From a virus: DNA of 64,000 nucleotides. Made by a program: the position numbers and the translations under genes. The notes beneath the pieces were generated by a model. It did no database searches, was not told where the DNA came from, and saw only the letters and a list, made by a program, of their open reading frames with translations. Below, piece by piece: positions 40,824 through 50,263 of this stretch (its first letter is position 1; each line of letters starts with the position of its first letter). Location: positions 14,923 to 78,922 of IMG/VR virus record IMGVR_UViG_3300032215_000643, one strand, 5' to 3'.

Positions 40824-41340
40824 AGAATTAGAAGTTGCTGAACGCTTTGACTCTATGAATAGAGTTGTTGAAGAGTTGCTTAAGGGTAATAATCCTACTC
40901 AGATAGCAAAAATTCTTTCTATCAAGCGTGCCACTGTGCTTGAACTTATTGAAGACTGGAAGAATATTGTTCACAATGATAATAGTATCCATGTTCGCGC
41001 TAGAGAGGCTTTAGCGGCTGCTGATCAGCATTATGCCATGATTATTAATCGGGCGTGGGAAACAGTTGAGCAGGCTGATTCAAATCAACAGTACAGCGTT
41101 AAGGCGGGGGCTTTAAAACTAGTCGCAGACACAGAGGCAAAACGTATGGACATGCTTAATCGCGCTGGTCTTTTAGAGAATAATGAAATGGCTGATAAGA
41201 TTATCGACAATGAACGTAAACAAGCATTGTTGATGGGTATTTTAAGAGACGTATCCTCACAATGTGATCATTGTAAGTATGAGGTTGCACAGAGACTTTC
41301 TCAGGTAACAAATCAAGTAGAAGTGATACGAGAAGATTGA
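40816..41340 (+). CDS. terS: Terminase small subunit (HTH)
   Basis: N-terminal HTH, helical body, directly upstream of TerL. Confidence 0.6.
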   Translation: MSKELEVAERFDSMNRVVEELLKGNNPTQIAKILSIKRATVLELIEDWKNIVHNDNSIHVRAREALAAADQHYAMIINRAWETVEQADSNQQYSVKAGALKLVADTEAKRMDMLNRAGLLENNEMADKIIDNERKQALLMGILRDVSSQCDHCKYEVAQRLSQVTNQVEVIRED

Positions 41341-43172
41341 CAGGCTTTGAGGATTTCCTAGAAGCGTTAGACGAGAACGCCTTTGAAGAGGTGCCCGTTA
41401 CAATTGAAGAATTTGTTACTTCAAAAGATTATTTAAACTTGCCACCACTTTCTACAAATCAATATACGATGATTAAGGCTTCTACTCAAATATATAAAAA
41501 AGAAACTTTGATTAAGTTGTTTGGTGAGCAAGAAGGTCAAGCAAGATGGAAGCAAACTTGTAATGAAGTAATTATGCAATTGGGTAAAGGTTCTGGTAAG
41601 GACTACACTTCTACTATTGCCTGTGCGTACATCGTTTACCTGCTCTTGTGTTTAAAAGATCCAGCACGCTATTATGGAAAGCCTCCCGGCGACAGTATAG
41701 ATATTATTAATATTGCTATTAATGCTGTTCAGGCTAACAGAGTTTTCTTCAAAGGTTTCCTAACAAGAATCGACAGGTGCGCTTGGTTTCAGGGGCGGTA
41801 TGTTGCAAAAGCAAACAGCATAGAGTTTGATAAAGATATTACAGTACACTCAGGTCACTCTCAGAGAGAATCATGGGAAGGATACAACGTAATTGTAGTG
41901 ATCCTTGACGAGATTTCTGGTTTTGATTTAGAATCAACTAGTGGTCATGAGCAGGCAAAAACTGCTGGTGCTATTTATCGAATGTATAGGGCTTCAGTAA
42001 ATTCACGGTTCCCCGATTATGGTAAGTTAATCCTGCTATCTTTTCCACGATATAAGAAAGATTTTATTCAACAAAGGTATGATGATGTTGTTGCTGAAAA
42101 GGAAACTGTTGTTAGAACTCATAGGTTTAAGTTAGATCCCGATCTTCCAGATGGTTCAGAGAAAAATGAATTTGATATTGATTGGGAAGAAGATCATATT
42201 CTTTCATATGCTGTTCCTAAAGTTTTTGCTTTAAAAAGACCTACATGGGATGTTAACCCAACAAGAACCATTAACGATTTTGCAGTAGACTTTTATACTG
42301 ATCCAGTAGATGCTCTCTCAAGATTTGCTTGTATGCCTCCAGAAGCAGTGGATGCATTTTTTAGGTCACGCGAAAAGATTGAAAGAGCCTTTAGAAATTA
42401 TAATATTGCGGTTGATGAAGATGGCAGGTTCGCAGAATGGTTCCAGCCACAAGAAGATAAATTATACTTTGTTCACGTTGACCTTGCTCAAAAGCATGAT
42501 CATTGTGCAGTATCAATGGCTCATGTTGAGAATTGGGTAAACATTAAGATGGGGACTCAAACAAAGGAGGCTGCACCTAGTATTGTTGTTGATGCTGTAA
42601 GATGGTGGACACCAACAAGTACTCAGACTGTTGATTTTACTGAAGTAAAAGATTATATTATTTCTCTTAAGCATAGAGGGTTTAATGTTGGAATGGTCAC
42701 CTTTGACCGCTGGAATTCTTTTGACATGATGCAGCAGTTAAAGGCTTACGGAATGAATGCAGAAGTTCTTTCTGTTGCTAAAAAACATTATGAAGATATG
42801 GCTTTAGCGATTATGGAAGAAAGAGTTGATGGTCCTAATATTAAATTGTTAATAGATGAATTGCTTTCTCTTAGAATTGTTAAAGATAAAATTGATCACC
42901 CAAGAAAAGGGAGTAAGGATCTTTCAGATGCTACATGTGGCGCTATTTATAATGCTGTTAGTAGAACGCCTGCGGATCTTAATCAGGAAGTTCTTATAAA
43001 AACTTATGACTATGAAGATTTAGATTTACAAAGGTGGGAGCAAGAGAAAACAGATCGTGGAGTTATTCAATTCCCCGGTCAAAAAGAAATGCCAAGTGTT
43101 CTGCAAGGATTTATGGATTCTTTTCGTGAAGATGATGGACAAGAATTCGTAGATAACTTTACAATATTATAG
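41337..43172 (+). CDS. terL: Terminase large subunit
   Basis: Walker A GKGSGKD, Walker B VILDE, nuclease HVDLA and DHP..GSKDLSDA. Confidence 0.9.
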   Translation: MTGFEDFLEALDENAFEEVPVTIEEFVTSKDYLNLPPLSTNQYTMIKASTQIYKKETLIKLFGEQEGQARWKQTCNEVIMQLGKGSGKDYTSTIACAYIVYLLLCLKDPARYYGKPPGDSIDIINIAINAVQANRVFFKGFLTRIDRCAWFQGRYVAKANSIEFDKDITVHSGHSQRESWEGYNVIVVILDEISGFDLESTSGHEQAKTAGAIYRMYRASVNSRFPDYGKLILLSFPRYKKDFIQQRYDDVVAEKETVVRTHRFKLDPDLPDGSEKNEFDIDWEEDHILSYAVPKVFALKRPTWDVNPTRTINDFAVDFYTDPVDALSRFACMPPEAVDAFFRSREKIERAFRNYNIAVDEDGRFAEWFQPQEDKLYFVHVDLAQKHDHCAVSMAHVENWVNIKMGTQTKEAAPSIVVDAVRWWTPTSTQTVDFTEVKDYIISLKHRGFNVGMVTFDRWNSFDMMQQLKAYGMNAEVLSVAKKHYEDMALAIMEERVDGPNIKLLIDELLSLRIVKDKIDHPRKGSKDLSDATCGAIYNAVSRTPADLNQEVLIKTYDYEDLDLQRWEQEKTDRGVIQFPGQKEMPSVLQGFMDSFREDDGQEFVDNFTIL

Positions 43173-43175
43173 TAC

Positions 43176-43248
43176 ACGCCGGTATCCTAGCGGTTTTGGA
43201 AGCGGTCTTATATACCGTGTATCGTGAGTTCGATTCTCACCCGGCGTA
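43176..43248 (+). tRNA. tRNA-Ile (anticodon TAT)
   Basis: Acceptor ACGCCGG/CCGGCGT; anticodon arm GCGGT-CTTATAT-ACCGT; T-arm GTGAG-TTCGATT-CTCAC; no encoded CCA. Confidence 0.88.
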
Positions 43249-43249
43249 C

Positions 43250-43371
43250 GGAGTTGCGAGAGATGATTCCTTGGGATGGATATAGTTACAGTATCCGAAA
43301 TATCCACGGGAGCAGACAGGGGAGTCCTCTGATGCTGGTGTGCTGTGGAATTTTGCGCCTCTCGCAACTCT
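43250..43371 (+). ncRNA. Unidentified structured RNA adjacent to tRNA
   Basis: 12-bp closing stem GAGTTGCGAGAG/CTCTCGCAACTC enclosing further helices; GC-rich and non-coding. Confidence 0.5.
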
Positions 43372-43376
43372 TAAGA

Positions 43377-43389
43377 TGATATAATTAAA
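43377..43389 (+). promoter_or_regulatory. Extended -10 promoter TGATATAATTAAA
   Basis: Identical to the 5242 and 45744 copies. Confidence 0.65.
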
Positions 43390-43401
43390 TAAAAGAAATG
43401 G

Positions 43402-43593
43402 TTGTATTTGATGTCTAATATTGATAATGGATACTATATTGTTATTCAGTCTCCCGGTCCAAATAATGTTAATGTTAAATCGCCGGGTCCACAGGGACCG
43501 CCGGGAACATTTATTAATAATATTGATGGTGGTACTCCTTCATCAGTATATGGAGGAAATATCATTATAGATTCAGGTGGGGTAGTTCAGTGA
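43402..43593 (+). CDS. Small virion protein with short collagen-like motif
   Basis: GPQGPPG...IDGG.P motif. Confidence 0.6.
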   Translation: MYLMSNIDNGYYIVIQSPGPNNVNVKSPGPQGPPGTFINNIDGGTPSSVYGGNIIIDSGGVVQ

Positions 43594-44999
43594 CAGTTCA
43601 AATTCAATTTAGGCGAGGTACCGCTGCTCAGTGGACGAGTGTTAATCCATTACTCTCTGAGGGAGAAATGGGTTTAGAGTTAGATACTGGAAAGTTTAAG
43701 GTTGGTAATGGTTCTACATATTGGAATTCTTTGCCTTATTCTTCTGGTCCTACTGGCGCTACTGGACCGCAGGGTGCAACTGGTCCTCAAGGTGCGACGG
43801 GTGCAACTGGAGTGCAGGGACCATCTGGAGCAATTTCTGTATCTTCCCCCATTGTAAATTCTGGAACATCAACTTCAGCATCTCTTTCTTTTAATGGATC
43901 TGCTGCTTCTGTAGCATATGCAACTAATTCAGGTTCTTCTACTTATTCTTCAAGTGCTGGCGCTGCCCCAATTCCCGCAAGTGTTTCCTATTCTGCATCT
44001 AGTGGATTAGCAAACAATTCAACAAATTTTGCGGGACAAGCACAATCATATTATGCTCCGATTAGTTCACCTAATCTTACAGGAACCCCATTAGCCCCTA
44101 CTGCTGCATCTGCTACAAACACTACACAGATCGCAACCACGGCCTTTGTTCGTGGAGAAATTTCAAATCTTGTTAATTCTGCCCCAACAACTTTAGATAC
44201 GTTAAATGAATTGGCGGCGGCTTTAGGAAATGATCCTAATTTTGCTGCAACAACTGCATCTACAATTGGTCTTAAAGCACCAATTGCTAATCCAACTTTT
44301 ACCGGAACTGTGAATCTTGGTTCTAATGTGGCAACTGGATCAGTTTCTAGTGCTTTAAATTCAGCATCTTTGGCTGGGCAGCCGGGATCATATTATTATC
44401 CTGCATCTTCAATTACCGCTGCTTCTGTAGCCTATGCTACAAATGCTGGTAATGCTACAACTTTGGGTGGACAATCTTCAGCATACTATTATCCTTCCGC
44501 TTCAATTACTACTGCATCAGTTGCTTATTCAACAAATGCCGGTAATTCAGCATCAACATCTCAAACTAATTTTAGTTCTTTAACAATTTCTGGTTCAAGC
44601 GTAGCAACTCAAAATTATGTTAATAATAAGTTTTTCTATGAAACAATTCCTTTTACGGTAACAGGCTCTGTGTCTACTGCTAGAGCATGGGATTATAGAT
44701 TCTATAATGATACAGGCGGGACAAGATCAATTAATGGAGTTAGAGCAAGTTTAGGTTCCGCTCCTTCAGGATCTGCTATGCTTATCGATGTAAGAAAGAA
44801 TGGTGTTACCGGAGCGGCAAGTATATTCACGGCATCTAGTATATCCATTCCTTCTGGTTCTATAACATCTGGATTAATAACATCTGGATTTAACAGTGGC
44901 TCAAGTATAGCCTCTAGTGATTATTTAACTGTGGCGGTAACTCAAGTTGGTTCAACAACTGCCGGTTCAGATTTAGTCGTTCAAGTTATGTGGAGTTAA
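43590..44999 (+). CDS. Tail fibre protein (cassette B) with Mtd-like N-terminus and collagen repeat
   Basis: IQFRRGTAAQW...NP.L.EGE.G.E.DTGKFKVGNG; Gly-X-Y run; APTTLDTLNELAAALGNDPNFA. Confidence 0.85.
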   Translation: MTVQIQFRRGTAAQWTSVNPLLSEGEMGLELDTGKFKVGNGSTYWNSLPYSSGPTGATGPQGATGPQGATGATGVQGPSGAISVSSPIVNSGTSTSASLSFNGSAASVAYATNSGSSTYSSSAGAAPIPASVSYSASSGLANNSTNFAGQAQSYYAPISSPNLTGTPLAPTAASATNTTQIATTAFVRGEISNLVNSAPTTLDTLNELAAALGNDPNFAATTASTIGLKAPIANPTFTGTVNLGSNVATGSVSSALNSASLAGQPGSYYYPASSITAASVAYATNAGNATTLGGQSSAYYYPSASITTASVAYSTNAGNSASTSQTNFSSLTISGSSVATQNYVNNKFFYETIPFTVTGSVSTARAWDYRFYNDTGGTRSINGVRASLGSAPSGSAMLIDVRKNGVTGAASIFTASSISIPSGSITSGLITSGFNSGSSIASSDYLTVAVTQVGSTTAGSDLVVQVMWS

Positions 45000-45000
45000 T

Positions 45001-45681
45001 ATGGCATCACCAACAATATTGGGAAAAGCAACTGCTGTTGGCAACGGTGGCGTGAATTTTACAAATGCTAGTTATGATGTTGCCCCCGTTGCAGGAAACT
45101 TACTCGTAGCATTTATTGGCGGTAATGGTTATGCTTATAGTTTTGATAACCCCGCTCTGTCTGATTTTCCTGCGCCTGTAGGATGGACAAGACTTCAGTT
45201 TATTGTTAATGGTGGCTTGTATGCTGGTGCTATTTTTTATAAAATTGCTACAGGTTCTGATAATGTAAGTTTTGCTGGTATAAGCGGTGACGGCGCACCA
45301 GAGACGGCAGGAGTTATTGTATCTATAGATAATGGTTCTACTCCTTCTTCTAACCTTATTGATGCAGGTACTGTTAGTTCAGTAACATCAACTTCTATTG
45401 GAGGAACATCCGATCTTTTATTAGTTTCAAATTTTCAAATTTTTAGTAGCAATGTAGGAACAATTGTTTCTGTTCCTAGTGGAATGACAAATGTGGCTCT
45501 TGCTAATTCTTATGGTACTACTGCTGATACAACTGTAGTTAGAGTTTCATCTTTAGTCCCACAGGGAACTCCAACTACACATACTTCAAGTACATTTGCA
45601 CTTAATCTTATATCAAGCGTTGCTGTATCTTATAGTGGCGGCACAACAACTTCAGCCATCGGCTGGGGTTTTATAGTCTAG
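45001..45681 (+). CDS. Putative fibre tip/receptor-binding protein (cassette B)
   Basis: GNLLVAF...GWT...FYKIATG; ends IGWGFIV. Confidence 0.55.
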   Translation: MASPTILGKATAVGNGGVNFTNASYDVAPVAGNLLVAFIGGNGYAYSFDNPALSDFPAPVGWTRLQFIVNGGLYAGAIFYKIATGSDNVSFAGISGDGAPETAGVIVSIDNGSTPSSNLIDAGTVSSVTSTSIGGTSDLLLVSNFQIFSSNVGTIVSVPSGMTNVALANSYGTTADTTVVRVSSLVPQGTPTTHTSSTFALNLISSVAVSYSGGTTTSAIGWGFIV

Positions 45682-45707
45682 CCTATAAATAAAAATATTG
45701 TTATACT
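45672..45707 (+). repeat. 36-bp direct repeat, copy 2
   Basis: Identical to 10032-10067. Confidence 0.9.
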
Positions 45708-45743
45708 GTATAAGAGATCAGTCAACATCTTATTAATGGATGA

Positions 45744-45756
45744 TGATATAATTAAA
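45744..45756 (+). promoter_or_regulatory. Extended -10 promoter TGATATAATTAAA
   Basis: Third identical copy. Confidence 0.65.
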
Positions 45757-45779
45757 TATATATAAAAAATGGAGTATGA

Positions 45780-46460
45780 ATGCCAACTATTGCAGGCGCA
45801 AATTATCTTTATCAGTTAAGGAATAGTACAACTGCATCAGCAACAATTTCTGGGTATCCGCTAACCGCAAGCGGTAACACCAGCCACTTATCTGACCATC
45901 AGTATATAACTTACTTATTAGAGTCACATGATAATATTCTTTCCTCCGCTTCGTTACTGGCAAATAATGGTCTTGCGAGTGACGCTACAGGATACGTTTC
46001 TGGAGCAAAACTTGTTTTTAGTAGTGCCCCTGCTTTAACTTCCTCTAGCCTAACTGCGAACAATGTTCCTGTTAATTTTGGAGCATGGGTTCCATATGTT
46101 CCATCAATTAGTGGATTTAGTGGAGTTTCTTCTTCAGTAGCAAGATATAATCAAATTGGCAAGACAGTTCATTTTGAAACAACTTATGCTTTAGGAACAG
46201 CCGTTTATTCTGCTGGTAACTGGGCGATTGGATTGCCTACTGCAATGAATAGTTCTTACGCTAATGGTTATCAAACAAATGTGAAGGTTATTTACGGTCA
46301 GTCTGGAACTATTCAATTAGGCTCAGGCATAATGAGTTCAGGAAGTGTTGTTTTATACACTGCTGGAACTGGTGCTGCGGTATTAACTTCATCAGCAGCG
46401 CCGTTTGCAGGATGGAATAGTGCTTCAATTATTGTTTCAGGTACTTATGAGGCATTATAA
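45780..46460 (+). CDS. Minor tail/fibre protein
   Basis: GAW..Y.P...ARYNQIGKTVH...ISGTYE-like C-terminal domain of actinophage tail proteins. Confidence 0.65.
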   Translation: MPTIAGANYLYQLRNSTTASATISGYPLTASGNTSHLSDHQYITYLLESHDNILSSASLLANNGLASDATGYVSGAKLVFSSAPALTSSSLTANNVPVNFGAWVPYVPSISGFSGVSSSVARYNQIGKTVHFETTYALGTAVYSAGNWAIGLPTAMNSSYANGYQTNVKVIYGQSGTIQLGSGIMSSGSVVLYTAGTGAAVLTSSAAPFAGWNSASIIVSGTYEAL

Positions 46461-46870
46461 TGAATTTTACTGGCGGCAGTTCTAAAAAACCATTTTATGT
46501 AGAATATAATGTGAGTGATTGTCAGGGCGGTTGGGCTGTTCTTAAAGATGGTACTGGTCAAGTAATTGGTTGTCATAAGACTGAAGAGGAAGCAAATAAG
46601 CATATGGAAGGTTTGACTACTCCTATGACTGATATTTTGGGTGATGAGACTAGAGCCGCAAAGTCCCCCCAAGAAGTTGCTAAAGTTTACGAACCTAGTT
46701 CTATCTGGGATGGTGTGTTTTTTCCAGCAAAGGGTGGTACAATGGGTTTAGATGCAGGATCGCAAGATCAAGATGCTAGGTTTAATTCTACATATAATAC
46801 GCCGCCACAAAAAGATGGCAAGGAAAGCACTGGTTACGGAAATCGTAGTGCTGGAACTAATTCAAACTAG
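46460..46870 (+). CDS. Hypothetical, possibly head-associated protein
   Basis: 'C.GWAV.K...VIGCH.T...A' N-terminal domain plus low-complexity tail. Confidence 0.5.
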   Translation: MNFTGGSSKKPFYVEYNVSDCQGGWAVLKDGTGQVIGCHKTEEEANKHMEGLTTPMTDILGDETRAAKSPQEVAKVYEPSSIWDGVFFPAKGGTMGLDAGSQDQDARFNSTYNTPPQKDGKESTGYGNRSAGTNSN

Positions 46871-46876
46871 GAGTTT

Positions 46877-47755
46877 ATGATGACAGGAACAACATTGGGT
46901 GGATGGCCCGGTATTAAAACAGCAAAAGAGCAGGGCGTCCTTGTTTGGATTACGGTTCCCGGCACTACGAAGAAAGTTAGATTGCGTAAAGAGGTAGCAC
47001 CAGTTTTTGCTGCTTTTCTTTCAGAAGTTCATAAGCATGTAATTGATCTTAATAAGGGTCCACTAGATGGATGGGAATATCGAGAAGCACGCACAGGTGC
47101 AGGTCTTTCTCAGCACGCCGGGGCGGTTGCGACAGATATGCGTTATGATGTTCTTCTTGCCGATCATAGACGGCACATGACACAGACTCAGATTAATACA
47201 ATGCACGCCTTACTAAATAAGTACACAACAACTAGCGGTAAGCGAGTTTTTGGATGGGGCGGGGATTGGCAAGTTGGCAAGTTTTGTGATGAAATGCATC
47301 TAGAGGCTGTGCAATCATGGTCCCCATACAGCCAAGGTCGCAATGCTACTGTAGCAGATTTCGCTAATGTGCAGAAGAAACTTCATATTAATTCTAATGG
47401 TACGTTTAGTGTTGTTGGTAAGGTTGTTAATCCTGTTGTTAAGCCTGTTCCTGCTGTTGTTGTTAAAAAGCCAGCGACACCACCTTCACCTGTTCCTGTT
47501 GCAGTTAAATCAGTCTCTGTAAAAGATTTTATTTTGGGTAAGTCAAGTGGTAGTGTTGTGACTGTTCAGAAGGCTCTTGCTAAAGAAAAATATTATGGTG
47601 GTGCTATTGATGGGGTCTTTGGACCTAACACCCGCGCTGCATATGCTCACTGGCAGAAGGCTTTGGGTTATTCTGGTGCAGATGCAAATGGTATTCCCGG
47701 CTTATCTTCTCTTACTAGTCTAGGTACAAAGTACAAATTTAAGGTTGTTGCATAA
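46877..47755 (+). CDS. Endolysin (M15-type peptidase plus peptidoglycan-binding domain)
   Basis: R...S.H..AVA.D, WGGDW, DEMHLE; Pro-rich linker; VQKAL...DG.FG..T. Confidence 0.85.
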   Translation: MMTGTTLGGWPGIKTAKEQGVLVWITVPGTTKKVRLRKEVAPVFAAFLSEVHKHVIDLNKGPLDGWEYREARTGAGLSQHAGAVATDMRYDVLLADHRRHMTQTQINTMHALLNKYTTTSGKRVFGWGGDWQVGKFCDEMHLEAVQSWSPYSQGRNATVADFANVQKKLHINSNGTFSVVGKVVNPVVKPVPAVVVKKPATPPSPVPVAVKSVSVKDFILGKSSGSVVTVQKALAKEKYYGGAIDGVFGPNTRAAYAHWQKALGYSGADANGIPGLSSLTSLGTKYKFKVVA

Positions 47756-48204
47756 TGGATGAATTAATTAATGAACTAAAATTATTGCAAGCAAATGTTG
47801 TTGCGATGTATGCTCAGTCACATGGGTATCATTGGAATGTTAAGGGTATGTTGTTTAAAGAGTTGCACGCATTTTTTCTAGAAATTTATGAAGATGTTTA
47901 TGGTTCGCTTGATCCTATTTCTGAGAATATTAGAAAACTTGGTGGGGATGCTCCGTTTGGCCTTAGCACATGGTCTAACAATGCTACATTTGAGGTTAAT
48001 GAAGATCCTAATCTTTCTCCCGTTCAGATGCTTGGCGAATTGATCGTTGTTAATTCAGTTCTTATAACTCAGTTGAAGAAAGTTTTTGTTCTCGCTGATA
48101 CTCAAAATGAGCAGGGTGTTGCTAATTTTATTGCAGAGCGTATTGATCAGCATCAGTTCTGGAATTGGCAGTTGACTGCTACTTTAAGAACTACATTAGC
48201 CTAA
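47755..48204 (+). CDS. dps: Dps family ferritin-like protein
   Basis: HGYHWNVKG..F.ELH.F..EIY...D..SENIR ferroxidase motif. Confidence 0.92.
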   Translation: MDELINELKLLQANVVAMYAQSHGYHWNVKGMLFKELHAFFLEIYEDVYGSLDPISENIRKLGGDAPFGLSTWSNNATFEVNEDPNLSPVQMLGELIVVNSVLITQLKKVFVLADTQNEQGVANFIAERIDQHQFWNWQLTATLRTTLA

Positions 48205-48243
48205 ATGGTTGACTGATAATAGTAAATGGGGTATTCTGGATGA

Positions 48244-48738
48244 ATGACTCCACTTATGCGAGTTATTACTCCCGTCGTTGCCCTTCTTACGACACTTGTC
48301 GTACAGGTACCAATGGCCCAGAGTAGTAATGCAAGTAATGTAGTAGTATCGGCTGGCAGTTCCGTTAAAACTGTTAAAACAACACCAACAATCAAAATGA
48401 TCAGACCGCTTGGACCTACTAAAGGTATCAAGCCTTCTGCATGGACGGGTAAGTATTATTACCCTAAATGGGAATTGGTTCGCAAATGCATTGTAAAAAG
48501 GGAAAGTGAAGGTCAATATAATGTTGTCAGTCACATTTCGTCCAGTGCTGGTGCTTATCAGTTTATCAAATTTTGGAGGCCCATTTTGGCTAAAAAATTA
48601 GGTAAGTCATATTTGGCTTACACTCCAATTAATCATTGGGGCCGCGTTGATCAAGATCACGCTTTTTGGATTGTATGGAATAATGGAAAGGGAAGAAGCA
48701 ATTGGGGACCAGCAGGTGCCCGATATAACTGCTTCTAA
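48244..48738 (+). CDS. Secreted Rpf/SceD-like lytic transglycosylase
   Basis: Signal peptide; CIVKRES...GAYQF...QD...W. Confidence 0.75.
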   Translation: MTPLMRVITPVVALLTTLVVQVPMAQSSNASNVVVSAGSSVKTVKTTPTIKMIRPLGPTKGIKPSAWTGKYYYPKWELVRKCIVKRESEGQYNVVSHISSSAGAYQFIKFWRPILAKKLGKSYLAYTPINHWGRVDQDHAFWIVWNNGKGRSNWGPAGARYNCF

Positions 48739-48740
48739 AA

Positions 48741-48766
48741 AAGGTGGGGGAGAGATCCCCCACCTT
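48741..48766 (+). terminator. Hairpin terminator
   Basis: AAGGTGGGGGA-GAGA-TCCCCCACCTT, 11 bp with a GNRA loop. Confidence 0.7.
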
Positions 48767-48785
48767 CTATTGAAATAGGAGAATT

Positions 48786-49127
48786 ATGTACGAGTATAAA
48801 GCAACAGTAGAAAAGATTATTGATGGTGACACGATTGATGTCATGATTGATTTAGGTTTTTATGTTTATAAGGTAGAGCGAGTTCGTTTAGCAAGAATTA
48901 ATTGTCCAGAACTTTCGACTCCCGAAGGACAGGTTTCTAAGCAATTTGTTATTGATTATCTGGCACAGAAGCAGGTAACCATTAAGACACAAAAGAATAT
49001 TTATGATAAATATGGTCGTTGGATTGCTGATGTTTTTGTTGCTGATCAATGTCTTAATGACATTCTTCTAGAAAAGAATCTTGCTGTTCATTGGCCTGCT
49101 AAGGTGGCAACGGGAGGTCTTTCCTGA
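48786..49127 (+). CDS. Thermonuclease (SNase) family protein
   Basis: IIDGDT, RVRL..INCPE, DKYGR. Confidence 0.88.
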   Translation: MYEYKATVEKIIDGDTIDVMIDLGFYVYKVERVRLARINCPELSTPEGQVSKQFVIDYLAQKQVTIKTQKNIYDKYGRWIADVFVADQCLNDILLEKNLAVHWPAKVATGGLS

Positions 49128-50263
49128 TGCGCGTTGGAATGCTTAGTGCAGACTGGGGCGATTATGCTACTGGTAGTCCCGGTGGCTGTACATGGATTAG
49201 ATTTTTTACTCCAGCAGAAAAGATGGTACAAAAGGGGTGGGAAGTTTTTATTGGAGAGTTCGGGTGGGATGATAAAGAAGGTTTTACAGTTGTTCCAACT
49301 CAGTCACGATTGATGACTCATAGTAGAGGTTTAATTAAAAATGATCCTAACGCCATTAAGGGCTTAGATGTAGTAATTTTTAAATTGTGGATGTGGCATG
49401 AAGCCAACGAGTATATTGAAAAGGCTAAGAAACTTGGTCAGACTGTAATTATTGATGTTGATGATTGGTTCCACGGTCTTCCTACAACAAACATTGCTTT
49501 CCATACCACTCATCCAGATAAGGATGCAAAATGGAATAGAAATCACATGCTTGGAACTTATCGCAATGTTACTGGATTAATTACAAGCACTAAGTTTCTT
49601 TATGATTATTATTCAAAGTCTAATCCGAATTGTGAATTGGTTAGAAATTCTCTTAATCCTAAGTATTTTGTTAAAAGGTATGATGCTGCTCGTAATCATC
49701 CAACTGTTGGTTGGGTTGGCATTATGATCTGGCGTTCGGGTGATATTGAAACTTTGAAGGGTTGGCTTGGGCCGACACTTGATAAGTATGATTTGCGTTT
49801 TCATCATGCTGGTATAGACCCAAACAAGCCACATGAGTTCGCAGAGATTGCGGGAGTTAATCCAGATAGACTTAGTGGCACTACAGGAGCGTCCCCACAG
49901 CAGTATGGAAACATTCTTTTACCAATGGACATTGCTTTAGTCCCCCTGAACACTTTGCCTTTTAACGAGGCCAAGAGTAGCCTTAAGGGTATGGAGTATG
50001 CTTTTACTGGTATCCCGTTTGTAGCAGCAGACACTTATGAGTATAGATTGCTTTCTGAGCAAGGTGCAGGTAACGTCGCTTCCCGGCCCAAAGACTGGAT
50101 GAAGGCTATTCAGAAATTAATTGATCCAGATGAAAGAAAACGTCAGGCTGATAGAGGGTATAATACTGTTATGGAACATTATAATATTGAGACTAGGGTT
50201 GATACTTGGATGACTGCGATTGAAAAGATTCATTCCACTAATCCAAAGAGGCGTGATGGCTGA
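49127..50263 (+). CDS. GT-B (GT4-like) glycosyltransferase
   Basis: IDVDD, VGWVG, DIALVPL...FNEAKS.LK.MEY...GIP.VA. Confidence 0.8.
   Translation: MRVGMLSADWGDYATGSPGGCTWIRFFTPAEKMVQKGWEVFIGEFGWDDKEGFTVVPTQSRLMTHSRGLIKNDPNAIKGLDVVIFKLWMWHEANEYIEKAKKLGQTVIIDVDDWFHGLPTTNIAFHTTHPDKDAKWNRNHMLGTYRNVTGLITSTKFLYDYYSKSNPNCELVRNSLNPKYFVKRYDAARNHPTVGWVGIMIWRSGDIETLKGWLGPTLDKYDLRFHHAGIDPNKPHEFAEIAGVNPDRLSGTTGASPQQYGNILLPMDIALVPLNTLPFNEAKSSLKGMEYAFTGIPFVAADTYEYRLLSEQGAGNVASRPKDWMKAIQKLIDPDERKRQADRGYNTVMEHYNIETRVDTWMTAIEKIHSTNPKRRDG

Noticed and set aside
43249-43320. tRNA-trailer theta/HDV-like ribozyme
   Set aside because: I could not build the nested double pseudoknot; the 5' segment instead pairs with 43359-43370. 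A covariance-model search is needed to exclude it fully
8900-44999. Duplicated fibre C-termini and Mtd-like N-terminus as a diversity-generating retroelement
   Set aside because: No reverse transcriptase in the window; both copies are coding, and the differences are not adenine-specific
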